64,000 nt of DNA, from NCBI GenBank assembly GCA_964606485.1, contig CAZSGP010000001.1, forward strand, positions 161,085-225,084, given 5' to 3'. A model generated the notes under the pieces. It worked only from the letters and a program-made list of their open reading frames with translations, made no database searches and was not told the DNA's origin. The position numbers and the translations under genes were made by a program. Below are positions 36,991 through 45,900 of the stretch, one piece after another; positions within the stretch are counted from its first letter, which is position 1; each line of letters starts with the position of its first letter. The stretch comes from an uncultured Planctomycetia bacterium (GTDB lineage Bacteria; Omnitrophota; Gorgyraeia; 2-02-FULL-51-18).

Positions 36991-38786
36991 TTCCAAAAAC
37001 ACGCGATGGAAAATGGGTATTGGCACTACGGGTTATCGTTTTAAGCTTCATTATTTTCTTATTGCCGATTTCTGACCGGCCGACGCCAAAAGCGATTGCG
37101 GCGGATGAAGAGGCGGCGAGTTCGGAGTCTCAGGATCAGTCATCTCCCACCGAAGAGCCCACAGCTCAAGATGTTTCATCCGATGCGCCTCTAACCCCGC
37201 TTTCTGAACAGCAGACACCCGCAGACCAATCCATTCAGGCAGGCTCCGCTGGGCTTGATGAAAAAGTGTCGCTCGATCTAAGAAACATCGACGTGACGGA
37301 CGCGCTCCGGTTTTTGGCTCAAAAAGCGGGTTTGAATCTCGTCATTTCAAAATCCGTCACCGGCCGCGTTCAACTGCTTCTCAACAACGTACCCGTGCGG
37401 GACGTGATGGACCTTATTATGATCACGGGCCAACTCGCCTATGAAAAAAGAGGGGACATCTATTACATTATGACTGAAGCGGAATTCAAAGAACGCTTTG
37501 GGCGAAAATTTTCGGACACCCGCCAAGTCAAAGTGTTTCGTTTGAAATACGCTGTGCCGGACCAGGCTTTTTCACTGTTCGAAATTTTAAAGAGCGAAAT
37601 CGGTCGTTTGCTGGTGGACCCTGAAACGGGAACCGTGCTCGTCATGGATACGCAGGAAAACATTGACCGTATGCAGAGGGCGCTTGAAGGACTTGAACAA
37701 AAGCGCCAAATAAAAGTATTCGATTTAAAGTATGCCAAAGCCTTGGATGTGGAAGCGCGTCTCAAAACACAGCTGGACGCTAAAAAGGTGGGGCTTGTGA
37801 GTTCTGATGAGCGCACCAACCAAGTGATTGTTGAAACGATCAGCGGACGAATGGAAGATGTGGAAGCGCTGATCGCGGATCTGGATCAAAAAACGCGCGA
37901 AGTTTCCATTGATGCAAAAATCGTTAAAGTTACCTTGAGCGACGACTTTAATGCGGAGATTCAGTGGGAAGGACTGGCTTCCCGAGTCGCCAAATACGGC
38001 ACTCAATATTTTTCCAATCACCCGTTTGCGCCGGTGGTTCGCACGAATCGTACGCAGGTTGATAATTTTACGAATATTCAACCAACGGCCAATCCCGCGG
38101 CGGGGGTGAAGAGCACATTGACTGAGAATCTATTTCTCGGGTTTATTGATAATGACGATGCGTTCGAGCTTTTAATCAACTTCCTAAAGACTATTGGGAA
38201 AACTAAAATTTTATCCAATCCAAAAATTACTGTGACCAACAATCAGGAAGCCAAGATTCACGTCGGTGAAAAACAGGCGTACGTGACCACCACAACGACG
38301 ACGGGTCAAAACACCACGACGACCGCCGAATCCGTGACCTTCATCGATATTGGTATTCAATTAGCAGTGACCCCAACGATTAACGCGGATGATTATGTGA
38401 CGATGAAAGTGAAGCCCGAAATTTCAAGCGTCTCAACATTTCTAATTACCCCCAGCGGAAACAAAATTCCGATTATTGATAGCTCCACCGCGGAAACCAA
38501 TGTCATGGTTAAAAATGGAACCTCGATCGTCATTGGGGGTCTTCGAAAGGATGAAAAGACTGAAACCCGGAAGAAGATTCCACTGCTGGGCGATATTCCT
38601 ATTCTCGGGAAGCCCTTTAACTCGTTTAACACGACGAATGAGCGCTCCGAGCTCCTGATTGTGATTACGCCAAACATTGTCCAGGGGGACACGCTGGTTA
38701 GCGAAGGACGACCTGTGGGAGAAAAACCGTTTTTGCCTTATACCGACTATTCTGATTATAATAGCCCCATGAAGGTGAGAAAATGA
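36987..38786 (+). CDS. Secretin (GspD/PilQ/MshL family outer-membrane channel)
   Basis: Signal/anchor WVLALRVIVLSFIIFLLP. The N-terminal region LDLRNIDVTDALRFLAQKAGLNLVISKSVTGRV is N0/secretin-N like. The C-terminal secretin domain reads VMVKNGTSIVIGGLRKDEKTETRKKIPLLGDIPILGKPFNSFNTTNERSELLIVITPNIV. Confidence 0.85.
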   Translation: MIPKTRDGKWVLALRVIVLSFIIFLLPISDRPTPKAIAADEEAASSESQDQSSPTEEPTAQDVSSDAPLTPLSEQQTPADQSIQAGSAGLDEKVSLDLRNIDVTDALRFLAQKAGLNLVISKSVTGRVQLLLNNVPVRDVMDLIMITGQLAYEKRGDIYYIMTEAEFKERFGRKFSDTRQVKVFRLKYAVPDQAFSLFEILKSEIGRLLVDPETGTVLVMDTQENIDRMQRALEGLEQKRQIKVFDLKYAKALDVEARLKTQLDAKKVGLVSSDERTNQVIVETISGRMEDVEALIADLDQKTREVSIDAKIVKVTLSDDFNAEIQWEGLASRVAKYGTQYFSNHPFAPVVRTNRTQVDNFTNIQPTANPAAGVKSTLTENLFLGFIDNDDAFELLINFLKTIGKTKILSNPKITVTNNQEAKIHVGEKQAYVTTTTTTGQNTTTTAESVTFIDIGIQLAVTPTINADDYVTMKVKPEISSVSTFLITPSGNKIPIIDSSTAETNVMVKNGTSIVIGGLRKDEKTETRKKIPLLGDIPILGKPFNSFNTTNERSELLIVITPNIVQGDTLVSEGRPVGEKPFLPYTDYSDYNSPMKVRK

Positions 38787-39925
38787 ACCCAGCTATTCCG
38801 GAACCGGAGATTCCCATCAAGGCCGCCAAGCCCAGGAAAACTCTGCCCCCCATTAAATTGCTCGACCCTCTTACGCTGCTCGTGCTGGCCCTCGGGATTT
38901 CCGTGAGCTTAAATTTATTCGTCCCGTACTTTTTAATTAAAAAAGGCGCGTTGGGATCTGCCGAGCTTAGGCAAGACCACACCAAGCTTAAAAAAAATTA
39001 TGAAGAGCTGCAGAATAAAAAAAATGAGGTTGAAGCTGATCGCAATAACATTTTAGCGCAGACAAAAATTCTCTTGTCTGAGAAGTCCAAATTTTCAGAA
39101 ACTCAAACCGAGCTTGAGGAAGCCAAAAAAAGCAACGGGATTTTGATGTCTCAAAAAGTCAAACTGCTTTCGAGAAGCGAGGAGCTAGAGTCCCGCAGCG
39201 AGGAAATGTCTCAAAATTACAGCCGCTTACAGTCTAATTATTTAGACCTGCAGGCTCAACACGAGACTCTGCAAACGGAAAATATTGAATTGAAGGTTAA
39301 GCTGAATCGGTCGGTTGAAACCTCGCCTCAGTATTCCAAATTGAGCATTGAGCGGAATAATTTGGTTAAGGAGAATAAAAAGCAAAGCGATCAAATTAAA
39401 TCTCTGACCGATCAAACAAAGAAGATTCAGGAGCGTTTGGCAAAATTGGCCGGACGGGAGGGCCAGCTCTCCAAGCAAATACAGGCCCTTAATAAAACCG
39501 TGCGCGATCTCAAATCAGAAAAAGCTAAACTTGAAAAAGCTAACCAAAATGTGAATCGAATCGTGGCCGAGGGGCCGGCGCACTTCAAGGATATGGCCAA
39601 TCAAAACAAGAACCTCATCAAAGAAACTTCCACTATGCACTACAATATGGGTGTATTTTTTACTCAGAAAAAAGAATACGACCGGGCGCTTACGGAGTTT
39701 CAGCGGGCGCTAGACTTTGATCCGACAAATGCAAAAGTGTTGTACAATTTAGGCTACCTGTGTGCAGAACATTTTGAAAATCACGAAAAGGCGGTTGAGT
39801 ATTTTAAGCGGTATTTGCAATTAAGCCCCAGCTCGAAAGAGTCGGAGGCTATTAAGAGCTACGTGTTGGTTCGGCAGGCCTATACGGGACCTGAAAGATT
39901 TAAGGATATGAAGAAAGAGTTTTAA
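38783..39925 (+). CDS. N-anchored coiled-coil protein with C-terminal TPR repeats (MshN/PilF-like candidate)
   Basis: TM LLDPLTLLVLALGISVSL, then ~230 aa of heptad-rich sequence (K/E/L/Q), then TPR-like YNMGVFFTQKKEYDRALTEFQRALDFDPTNAKVLYNLGYL... ATGA overlap with the secretin gene. Confidence 0.55.
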   Translation: MNPAIPEPEIPIKAAKPRKTLPPIKLLDPLTLLVLALGISVSLNLFVPYFLIKKGALGSAELRQDHTKLKKNYEELQNKKNEVEADRNNILAQTKILLSEKSKFSETQTELEEAKKSNGILMSQKVKLLSRSEELESRSEEMSQNYSRLQSNYLDLQAQHETLQTENIELKVKLNRSVETSPQYSKLSIERNNLVKENKKQSDQIKSLTDQTKKIQERLAKLAGREGQLSKQIQALNKTVRDLKSEKAKLEKANQNVNRIVAEGPAHFKDMANQNKNLIKETSTMHYNMGVFFTQKKEYDRALTEFQRALDFDPTNAKVLYNLGYLCAEHFENHEKAVEYFKRYLQLSPSSKESEAIKSYVLVRQAYTGPERFKDMKKEF

Positions 39926-39946
39926 CTAAGGTAAACGGAGGATGGA

Positions 39947-40537
39947 ATGAAGAAGCAGACTGTTGTTATTTTGGGGTTGGGATTGCTGGTTTCAGTGTGC
40001 CTAAGCACCGCGCAAGCGGCTGATTCTAAAAGCGATTCTAAAATTGAAAAAAAGTTGGCCGAAAACCAAGCCAAAAGAAAAGCCGAGTTGAAAGACACAG
40101 AGTGGAAGGTGACCTTTTATTCCAATAAACCGACGGATAAAGACGCGGAAAATGGATCACTTGTCTTCTCCGCCGAAACGATGACATTCAATGGTTTTAA
40201 TAAAGTAGATCTTGGGACCATTGGTTATACGCTGACGGCCTATGCGGACAATGACAAGGGAATGCTTGAAACCTATAAGCCCACAAAGGATGGAAATATT
40301 TCGTTGCGGGCTGATTGGCAAGGACAGATCATGAATGGTGTTATCAGCGAGCAGAAAAATGGTGGTAAGGATGTAAAGACTTACCGCTTCACCAGCGTGA
40401 ATCAGGTTTCGCCTTTAGCGAATCAAGATGAATCAAAAAAGGAGTCTTTGGAAGCGGCGGCTCCGGTAGATGCGGCGCTCCCAGTAATGGCATCAACTGA
40501 AAAAGCGGTTGAAAAATCCGAAAAGAAGAAGCGCTGA
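39947..40537 (+). CDS. Small secreted protein (signal peptide + ~100-aa TEWKV-type beta domain), unknown function
   Basis: Signal peptide MKKQTVVILGLGLLVSVCLSTAQA and a strong SD (GGAGGA). The domain core DTEWKVTFYS...ADWQGQIMNGVISEQ...KTYRFTS is shared with the C-terminus of the next gene. Confidence 0.5.
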   Translation: MKKQTVVILGLGLLVSVCLSTAQAADSKSDSKIEKKLAENQAKRKAELKDTEWKVTFYSNKPTDKDAENGSLVFSAETMTFNGFNKVDLGTIGYTLTAYADNDKGMLETYKPTKDGNISLRADWQGQIMNGVISEQKNGGKDVKTYRFTSVNQVSPLANQDESKKESLEAAAPVDAALPVMASTEKAVEKSEKKKR

Positions 40538-40564
40538 TCTTCTATCGTATTGAGATTTCTGTAA

Positions 40565-40598
40565 ACAAGGGGGTCTTTCAAGGACCCCCTTGTTTTTT
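40565..40598 (+). terminator. Rho-independent terminator
   Basis: ACAAGGGGGTC-tttcaag-GACCCCCTTGT followed by TTTTTT (11-bp GC-rich stem, 7-nt loop, U-run), 28 nt after the stop at 40537. Confidence 0.8.
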
Positions 40599-40609
40599 AA
40601 TATCCAAAA

Positions 40610-40638
40610 TTGACACCGCTGTATGTCCGCACTATGAT
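40610..40638 (+). promoter_or_regulatory. Sigma70-like promoter TTGACA-17-TATGAT
   Basis: TTGACA 40610-40615, TATGAT 40633-40638, 36 nt upstream of the ATG at 40674. Confidence 0.5.
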
Positions 40639-40673
40639 AGCCCTGTGGTAAATATTGCGACCCTCAGAGACTG

Positions 40674-41909
40674 ATGCCAAGACCGCCTCGTATAGAGCTG
40701 GAAGGCGCCGTTAATTTTGTTACTTCCAGAGGAATAAACAACCAAGAAATTTTCAAAGACAAGTCCGACTTTGCTACATATTTAGAACTGGTCAAAAAAT
40801 ACAAAGACCAGCACCGCTTTAAACTTTTTGCTTATCTTTTGCTGCCTGAAAAAATCATGCTCTTGATTGAGTCCGGAGCAGGCGCCACAATTTCCGAAAT
40901 CATGCATGACCTCAACTCGCTTTACACCAAATACTTTAATGGACGCTATGGCCGTAAGGGTCATTTATTTGAAGCGCGTTTTCGTTCGGCGCTTGTCGAA
41001 AAGGCGGTGTGCTTGCCCGAGATTACGCGGTATTTGCACCGGCAGGCCCCCGATTTTTCAAATTACCTTTTTTCAACATACTCATTTTATGTTAAGGCGA
41101 TTTCAGGAACCGGCGCGATCGAGGCGATCAACGCAGAGCTTAATCTCGCCGAAGAAATTGGGGAGGCCTCCGCTATTTTTAAATCAAATTTCGGTCAAGC
41201 CAGTTATGAAGCCTATTGCGAACAGGCCACTTCCGATCAAATGAAGGAACTTGAAAAGAACCTCCGCAGTTCCAAAGTCTTTGGATCGGAAGCGTTTAAA
41301 GTGAGGGTCGAACATGAGATAGAACATCGCCGCACTCATTTGCAGGAAAAGGAGTTGGAAGCCGAGGAGGTTAAAGCCAAGGTCAAGCGTAGAACCGTTT
41401 ACTTGTGGTTAATCGGATCGCTGGTGCTGCTTGCCGGAAGTTTATCGATGTATCTTTACACGACAAAAAAAGCCGTGGAAACGCAGTACCGTAATTTGCT
41501 CACACTCAAAGAGTCAAATTTTGCTGAGCGCACAAAGTTTGAAAACCAGAGCCCGCTGGGTTTGAATGATCTGGAAGGGACTGAATGGAAGGTTGAACTC
41601 GTTTCGCCCCAAGGCTCTACGCCAGATGTCTTGCATTTTGAGGGGGGGCGGTTTTATTCGGATCACTTCGCGAAGCTAGGGTTCCGGGACACCAGCTATT
41701 TTCTAATTCCACAAGGCAACCGGAAGGTGCTTTGGCAGGCGGCCCAATCTTCCTCCAAGGGGGATAGTCTAAATTGGCAAGGGACCTGGCAGGGGGACGC
41801 CATGAAGGGCGACCTTAATTTTGTAATTTCTAACCAATCCGCTCAAACCTACTCTTTCTATAGTAAAGAGTGGTCATACGCCACAGCGCTCGTCGCGCAA
41901 AATAGTTAA
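40674..41909 (+). CDS. Fusion protein: N-terminal inactivated IS200/Y1-transposase-like (COG1943) domain, then coiled coil, a TM helix, and a C-terminal TEWKV-type extracytoplasmic domain
   Basis: Residues 1-120 match the Y1_Tnp fold pattern (AVNFVTSRG..., LFAYLLLPEKIMLLIE, YTKYFNGRYGRKGHLFEARFRSALVE), but the HuH histidines are replaced: EKIMLLIE where N-H-V-H-LLIE is expected. TM VYLWLIGSLVLLAGSLSMYLY. C-terminal domain GTEWKVELVS...LNWQGTWQGDAMKGDLNFVISNQ...QTYSFYS. Confidence 0.55.
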   Translation: MPRPPRIELEGAVNFVTSRGINNQEIFKDKSDFATYLELVKKYKDQHRFKLFAYLLLPEKIMLLIESGAGATISEIMHDLNSLYTKYFNGRYGRKGHLFEARFRSALVEKAVCLPEITRYLHRQAPDFSNYLFSTYSFYVKAISGTGAIEAINAELNLAEEIGEASAIFKSNFGQASYEAYCEQATSDQMKELEKNLRSSKVFGSEAFKVRVEHEIEHRRTHLQEKELEAEEVKAKVKRRTVYLWLIGSLVLLAGSLSMYLYTTKKAVETQYRNLLTLKESNFAERTKFENQSPLGLNDLEGTEWKVELVSPQGSTPDVLHFEGGRFYSDHFAKLGFRDTSYFLIPQGNRKVLWQAAQSSSKGDSLNWQGTWQGDAMKGDLNFVISNQSAQTYSFYSKEWSYATALVAQNS

Positions 41910-41997
41910 TCCACCAAAAATTTAATTAAATCTATATATTATATTTACTAACAAAATTGATAATTTAAATTCGTTTTCATATTAAATATTTAAGCTA

Positions 41998-42026
41998 TTG
42001 ACAAAGGAGTTAACACAATGTAATCT
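41998..42026 (+). promoter_or_regulatory. Candidate promoter TTGACA-17-TAATCT inside an AT-rich 238-nt intergenic region
   Basis: TTGACA 41998-42003. The -10 is weak. Region 41910-42000 is about 80% A+T with A/T tracts (UP-element-like). Confidence 0.3.
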
Positions 42027-42147
42027 CTTAGTAGTGGAATTTGATCTTTGATACTGGTGCTAATAGTTGGCAATCGCTGGGAGTGGTATGCGCGGTTGCT
42101 GATTTTTTTGATAAAAGAATCAAAGTGCCAGGCACTAAGGGCTGAAA

Positions 42148-42903
42148 ATGACAAAAAAATCAAAGAAAGTGAATGTTAAACGTAAAAAATTAACAAACGA
42201 AGAGAGAATTTTTCAAGACTCTCTCGTTCGTAGTGCGTGGCGTCGCTATCGTGTCAATAGTGCCGCATATATTTTTGCCTCCCTAGTTCTTCTAATGAGT
42301 TTTTCCGCATACGCAGAAACCGAAGCCACTAAAGTTGCGAAGCCTGTGCCAAGCGCTAAAGCGCCATCTTCTCTTGCTAGTAAAGAGGGGGAGGCGAAGT
42401 CAGACACCACGGCCAAGAAAGCAGATCTTGCACCAGCAAAAAAAATCAAAAAAAATAGAGACGTGAGAGAGCCTTTCTCAAAATTTAAACTTCCGGATGT
42501 AAACGAAGCGGATGACAAGGAGCCAAGCACCTCCAAATATTTAAAAGGCCGGATCTCGACGATCACCGCTTACGGGATGGGAATTGTCTATGGTGGCGAT
42601 CCGACCATCGGACAGTTGGAATCCTGGAATAATTTTAATAGTAAGACCAAGATCGACGGATTTAAAAAATTCACCGATCTAAAAGAAGGGGACACCGTCG
42701 AAATAAACTACAAGCAAACGATTAAAACCCATAAAAGGATATTGGCAAGAGTTACGCTGGTTCACAAAATGACTAAGGAAGAAAGAGCGGCTGAAGAAAA
42801 GGCTTTGATGGATACGCCGGATGAACCCGTGGTTCCGGAGCCAGTCGCGGCAGTTAAACCCGTTTCAAAAGGAACGACCAATGGCGCAGGCAAAGCACTT
42901 TAA
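42148..42903 (+). CDS. Lys-rich signal-anchored/secreted protein, unknown function; 3' end overlaps the giant gene's start
   Basis: Hydrophobic segment AAYIFASLVLLMSFSAYA followed by a K/A/E-rich low-complexity stretch and a ~110-aa globular C-terminus. The stop at 42901-42903 is 20 nt after the ATG of the giant ORF. Confidence 0.4.
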   Translation: MTKKSKKVNVKRKKLTNEERIFQDSLVRSAWRRYRVNSAAYIFASLVLLMSFSAYAETEATKVAKPVPSAKAPSSLASKEGEAKSDTTAKKADLAPAKKIKKNRDVREPFSKFKLPDVNEADDKEPSTSKYLKGRISTITAYGMGIVYGGDPTIGQLESWNNFNSKTKIDGFKKFTDLKEGDTVEINYKQTIKTHKRILARVTLVHKMTKEERAAEEKALMDTPDEPVVPEPVAAVKPVSKGTTNGAGKAL

Positions 42904-45900
42904 AGCCAAATCGTTTTTTGCGACATCGCTAATTCTAGCGGGGCTGTGTTTATTTTTTACAGCGGACGCGCATGCGGTGCAAATCAAAAAAATCTATAGA
43001 GGCACGGTCAACTTCGATTTTGACGACGTGTCGCAATCGGTGGATATCGGCGCTGCGGTGGACACCACCAAATCCATTGTTCTTTTATCGCTCACCGCGG
43101 AAGGATCCTTCACCGAAGCCGATCAAAACTGTTTTTTTGCGGCGCAGTTTGAAGATGCGAGCACGCTTTACATTGACCGCGCGGGTGCTACCAAAGCGGC
43201 AGGTGTTATTTGGCAGGTGATCGAATTTAACGACGGCGTCAATGTTCAAAGAGGAATTACCAGTCTTCCCAATGGAACGGCATCGCAGTATTTAACAAAA
43301 ACCATCGATTTGCCGGCAGCGCTTACGTCAACATCCACCGCAGTGCCGATTCTTTTTACTCGCATGGCCTACACCAATACTGATTTTACGCATGTTATGA
43401 TGGTTGTTCCGACTCTCCCCAATGTCAATCAATTAACGGTTTCACGCCTTCATAATTCTAAAACTGCTAAAACGGTGACCATGGTGTGGCAGATTATCGA
43501 ATTTTTGAAAGACGCGTCCGTTGTCACCGGCACAGCGACGCTGCCTCAGCCTGGAGCGGTGACGATTGATCAAACGCTCAACGTGGATATATCAGGCATG
43601 ATCACGCTCAATAACGGAGGGCAGAACGCGCTGCTTTTTTTCTCGACGCAAGCCGGTACGGCAATAGCGGGAACGGACGCGCGCATCTTTGTTCGCGGTA
43701 GAATCACGTCGGCAACCAACTTGCAATTCATCCGAGCTTATGCCTCGAATAACGCCAATATGACGGTGCCCATCCGTTACTATGTCGTTGATTTAAAGGA
43801 ATCCACCTCTGGTAATGCGCTTGGGTATGGAAATATCTACGGCAGCACCACGGAGGGTCCTGGGATGACCCCCAACCCCAATCTTCGATCGATTTCAAGC
43901 TCCACGAACACCACACCTATTATGATCCAAATGAGCAATACCCACGGCTTTAACGCAAGCGGCGGCCAGTGGGTGACGATTAACGGCCATAATACCAACA
44001 CGAACGCGAATGGCACGTGGAAGGCAATTGTCGGCGTTAATTGCACAAACGGGACTGCCGGAGCCGGCGATTGCACGACTTCTCAGTTTGAGTTAACCGG
44101 TTCTATCGGAAACGGCGTGGGTGGCGCCACGGGTCAGGTTTGGATGAATCCACAAACTTTCGTTGTGAGCACTGCTACCAATGCGAATCCAATCGTTGTC
44201 ACGACCAGTGCTGTCAATAATTTTGAAACAGGGCAGCGTGTGCAGATTGTTGGCGCCACCGGCAACACCGCGGCCAACGGCACTTGGATTATCACAAAGT
44301 CGGGTACGGTAGGGACGCAATTTACGATTCCCGTGGCCGGAAACGGTGCTTACGGGGCAAACAGCGCCTATGTTCAGCCGGTTGATCTTGCCGTTACAAA
44401 TAAAAATATTGCCGCTTCCACGAATGCGACGCCGATTAGCATAAATATTAATGCTCATGGCTATGCGACGGGTCAGTACGTGAGAGTGGCTAACCATACA
44501 CCCAATACCGGGGCCAATGGACAGTGGTTTATCACTGTTACGGATGCTAATAACTTTACTTTAAATGGTTCGGTGGGAAATGGCGCCACTTCGGCCACTG
44601 GTACGGTGGGCGTTTCAAATATTGCGATTACGTCGTCCACGAATGCGAGTCCTATCAGTCTTAACGTAGCCAATCACGGTCTGGTTTCTGGACAGTTGAT
44701 CCGAATTTTAAGTCATGTCACCAATACAGCCGCCAACGGGGTTTGGTATGTCACCGTGACGGACGCTAATAATTTTACGCTCAATGGTTCGACTGGGAAT
44801 GGTGTGGGCGGCGCAACGGGCGTGATGTTTCCGATCCCCACGGGTTGGCGCATTGAATCCAGCGACGACTTGGTGTATCCAAACGAAATTACTTTAACGT
44901 GCACCGCGCACCCTTTTTCAAATGGGCAGCTGATCAACGTTTCTAATCACTATATTAACAACAGCACCACGAACTCCACGGCCAACGGAAACTGGATTGT
45001 TAAAAGCGCAACGGCCAACACGCTGACCTTGACCGGATCTTTGGGTACCAACGGCGACGGGTCCGGTGCGGGTGGAAGAACCGGTTGGATCACCCCCGCA
45101 AACGTGAATGCCATTCCGGCATCGAGCGTGGAGAGAACAATCGTGATTCCGTCGACGTCCGTATCGGGCAGCACGCAAAATAATACAGCCTCAGAGGCGA
45201 GGATGGCGAGCTACTTGTCGAGCCCCACCACGCTTCATTTTATGCGCGATATCACCGCTAAAACGTTCCCTGCGGATTTTAACGTCTCTATTTTTGAATT
45301 CCCGTCAATCACCCTGACCTACCCAACGACGGCGACCTCTCTAACGGTGGGAACGAGCTATCCTTTTACATGGAAAAATTCTTTGGATGTGGCCGCCCAC
45401 GATTACAAAGTCCAATTTTCGGTTGATGCGCCCCATGCGGTTTGGAATGATCTGGGTAGTGTTTGCGTCGATGGAACCCAGTCTTGTCAAGGATCCCTGC
45501 AGACGGCGCCCACGACCTTAGCGGCCGGAACAGTCAACGTGAAAATCCCTGATAATCTTGGAACCACGGCTAAGTTTAGAATTTGGGATGTGGTGGATGG
45601 CGCTACGCTAGCAGCCGTTCGGGTTAGCGACGCTTCGAACGAAAATATGAAACTGATTAGAAATTTGACGTTGACGGATCCAGTGGGCGGCGAAAATTGG
45701 ACAGTGGGGGATCTTAAAAATCTGACTTGGACTTTTAGAGGTTTTACGAATTTCGGGACGGTGAAAATAGAGTACTTCGACGGCGCGTCTTGGGCGACGG
45801 TGCCGGGTGCCGGAACATTGGCTGTGAACAACGGGGGCGGTTCGAGCGACCCGTTCGCCGGAACAGGTTCGTTTACTTGGTCCCAGATTCCCAATCTCAC

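Noticed and set aside
40674-41909. IS200-family insertion sequence / mobile element
   Set aside because: The HuH catalytic histidines are missing. The domain is fused to a TM helix and an extracytoplasmic domain. There is no TnpB partner and there are no flanking sub-terminal hairpins. It has its own chromosomal-type promoter and follows a terminator. I read it as a domesticated domain, not a transposon.
41910-42147. AT-rich 238-nt gap as a possible small RNA or tRNA locus
   Set aside because: There is no cloverleaf-compatible GC-rich stem set and no terminator. The composition (about 80% A+T) fits a promoter/UP-element region better.
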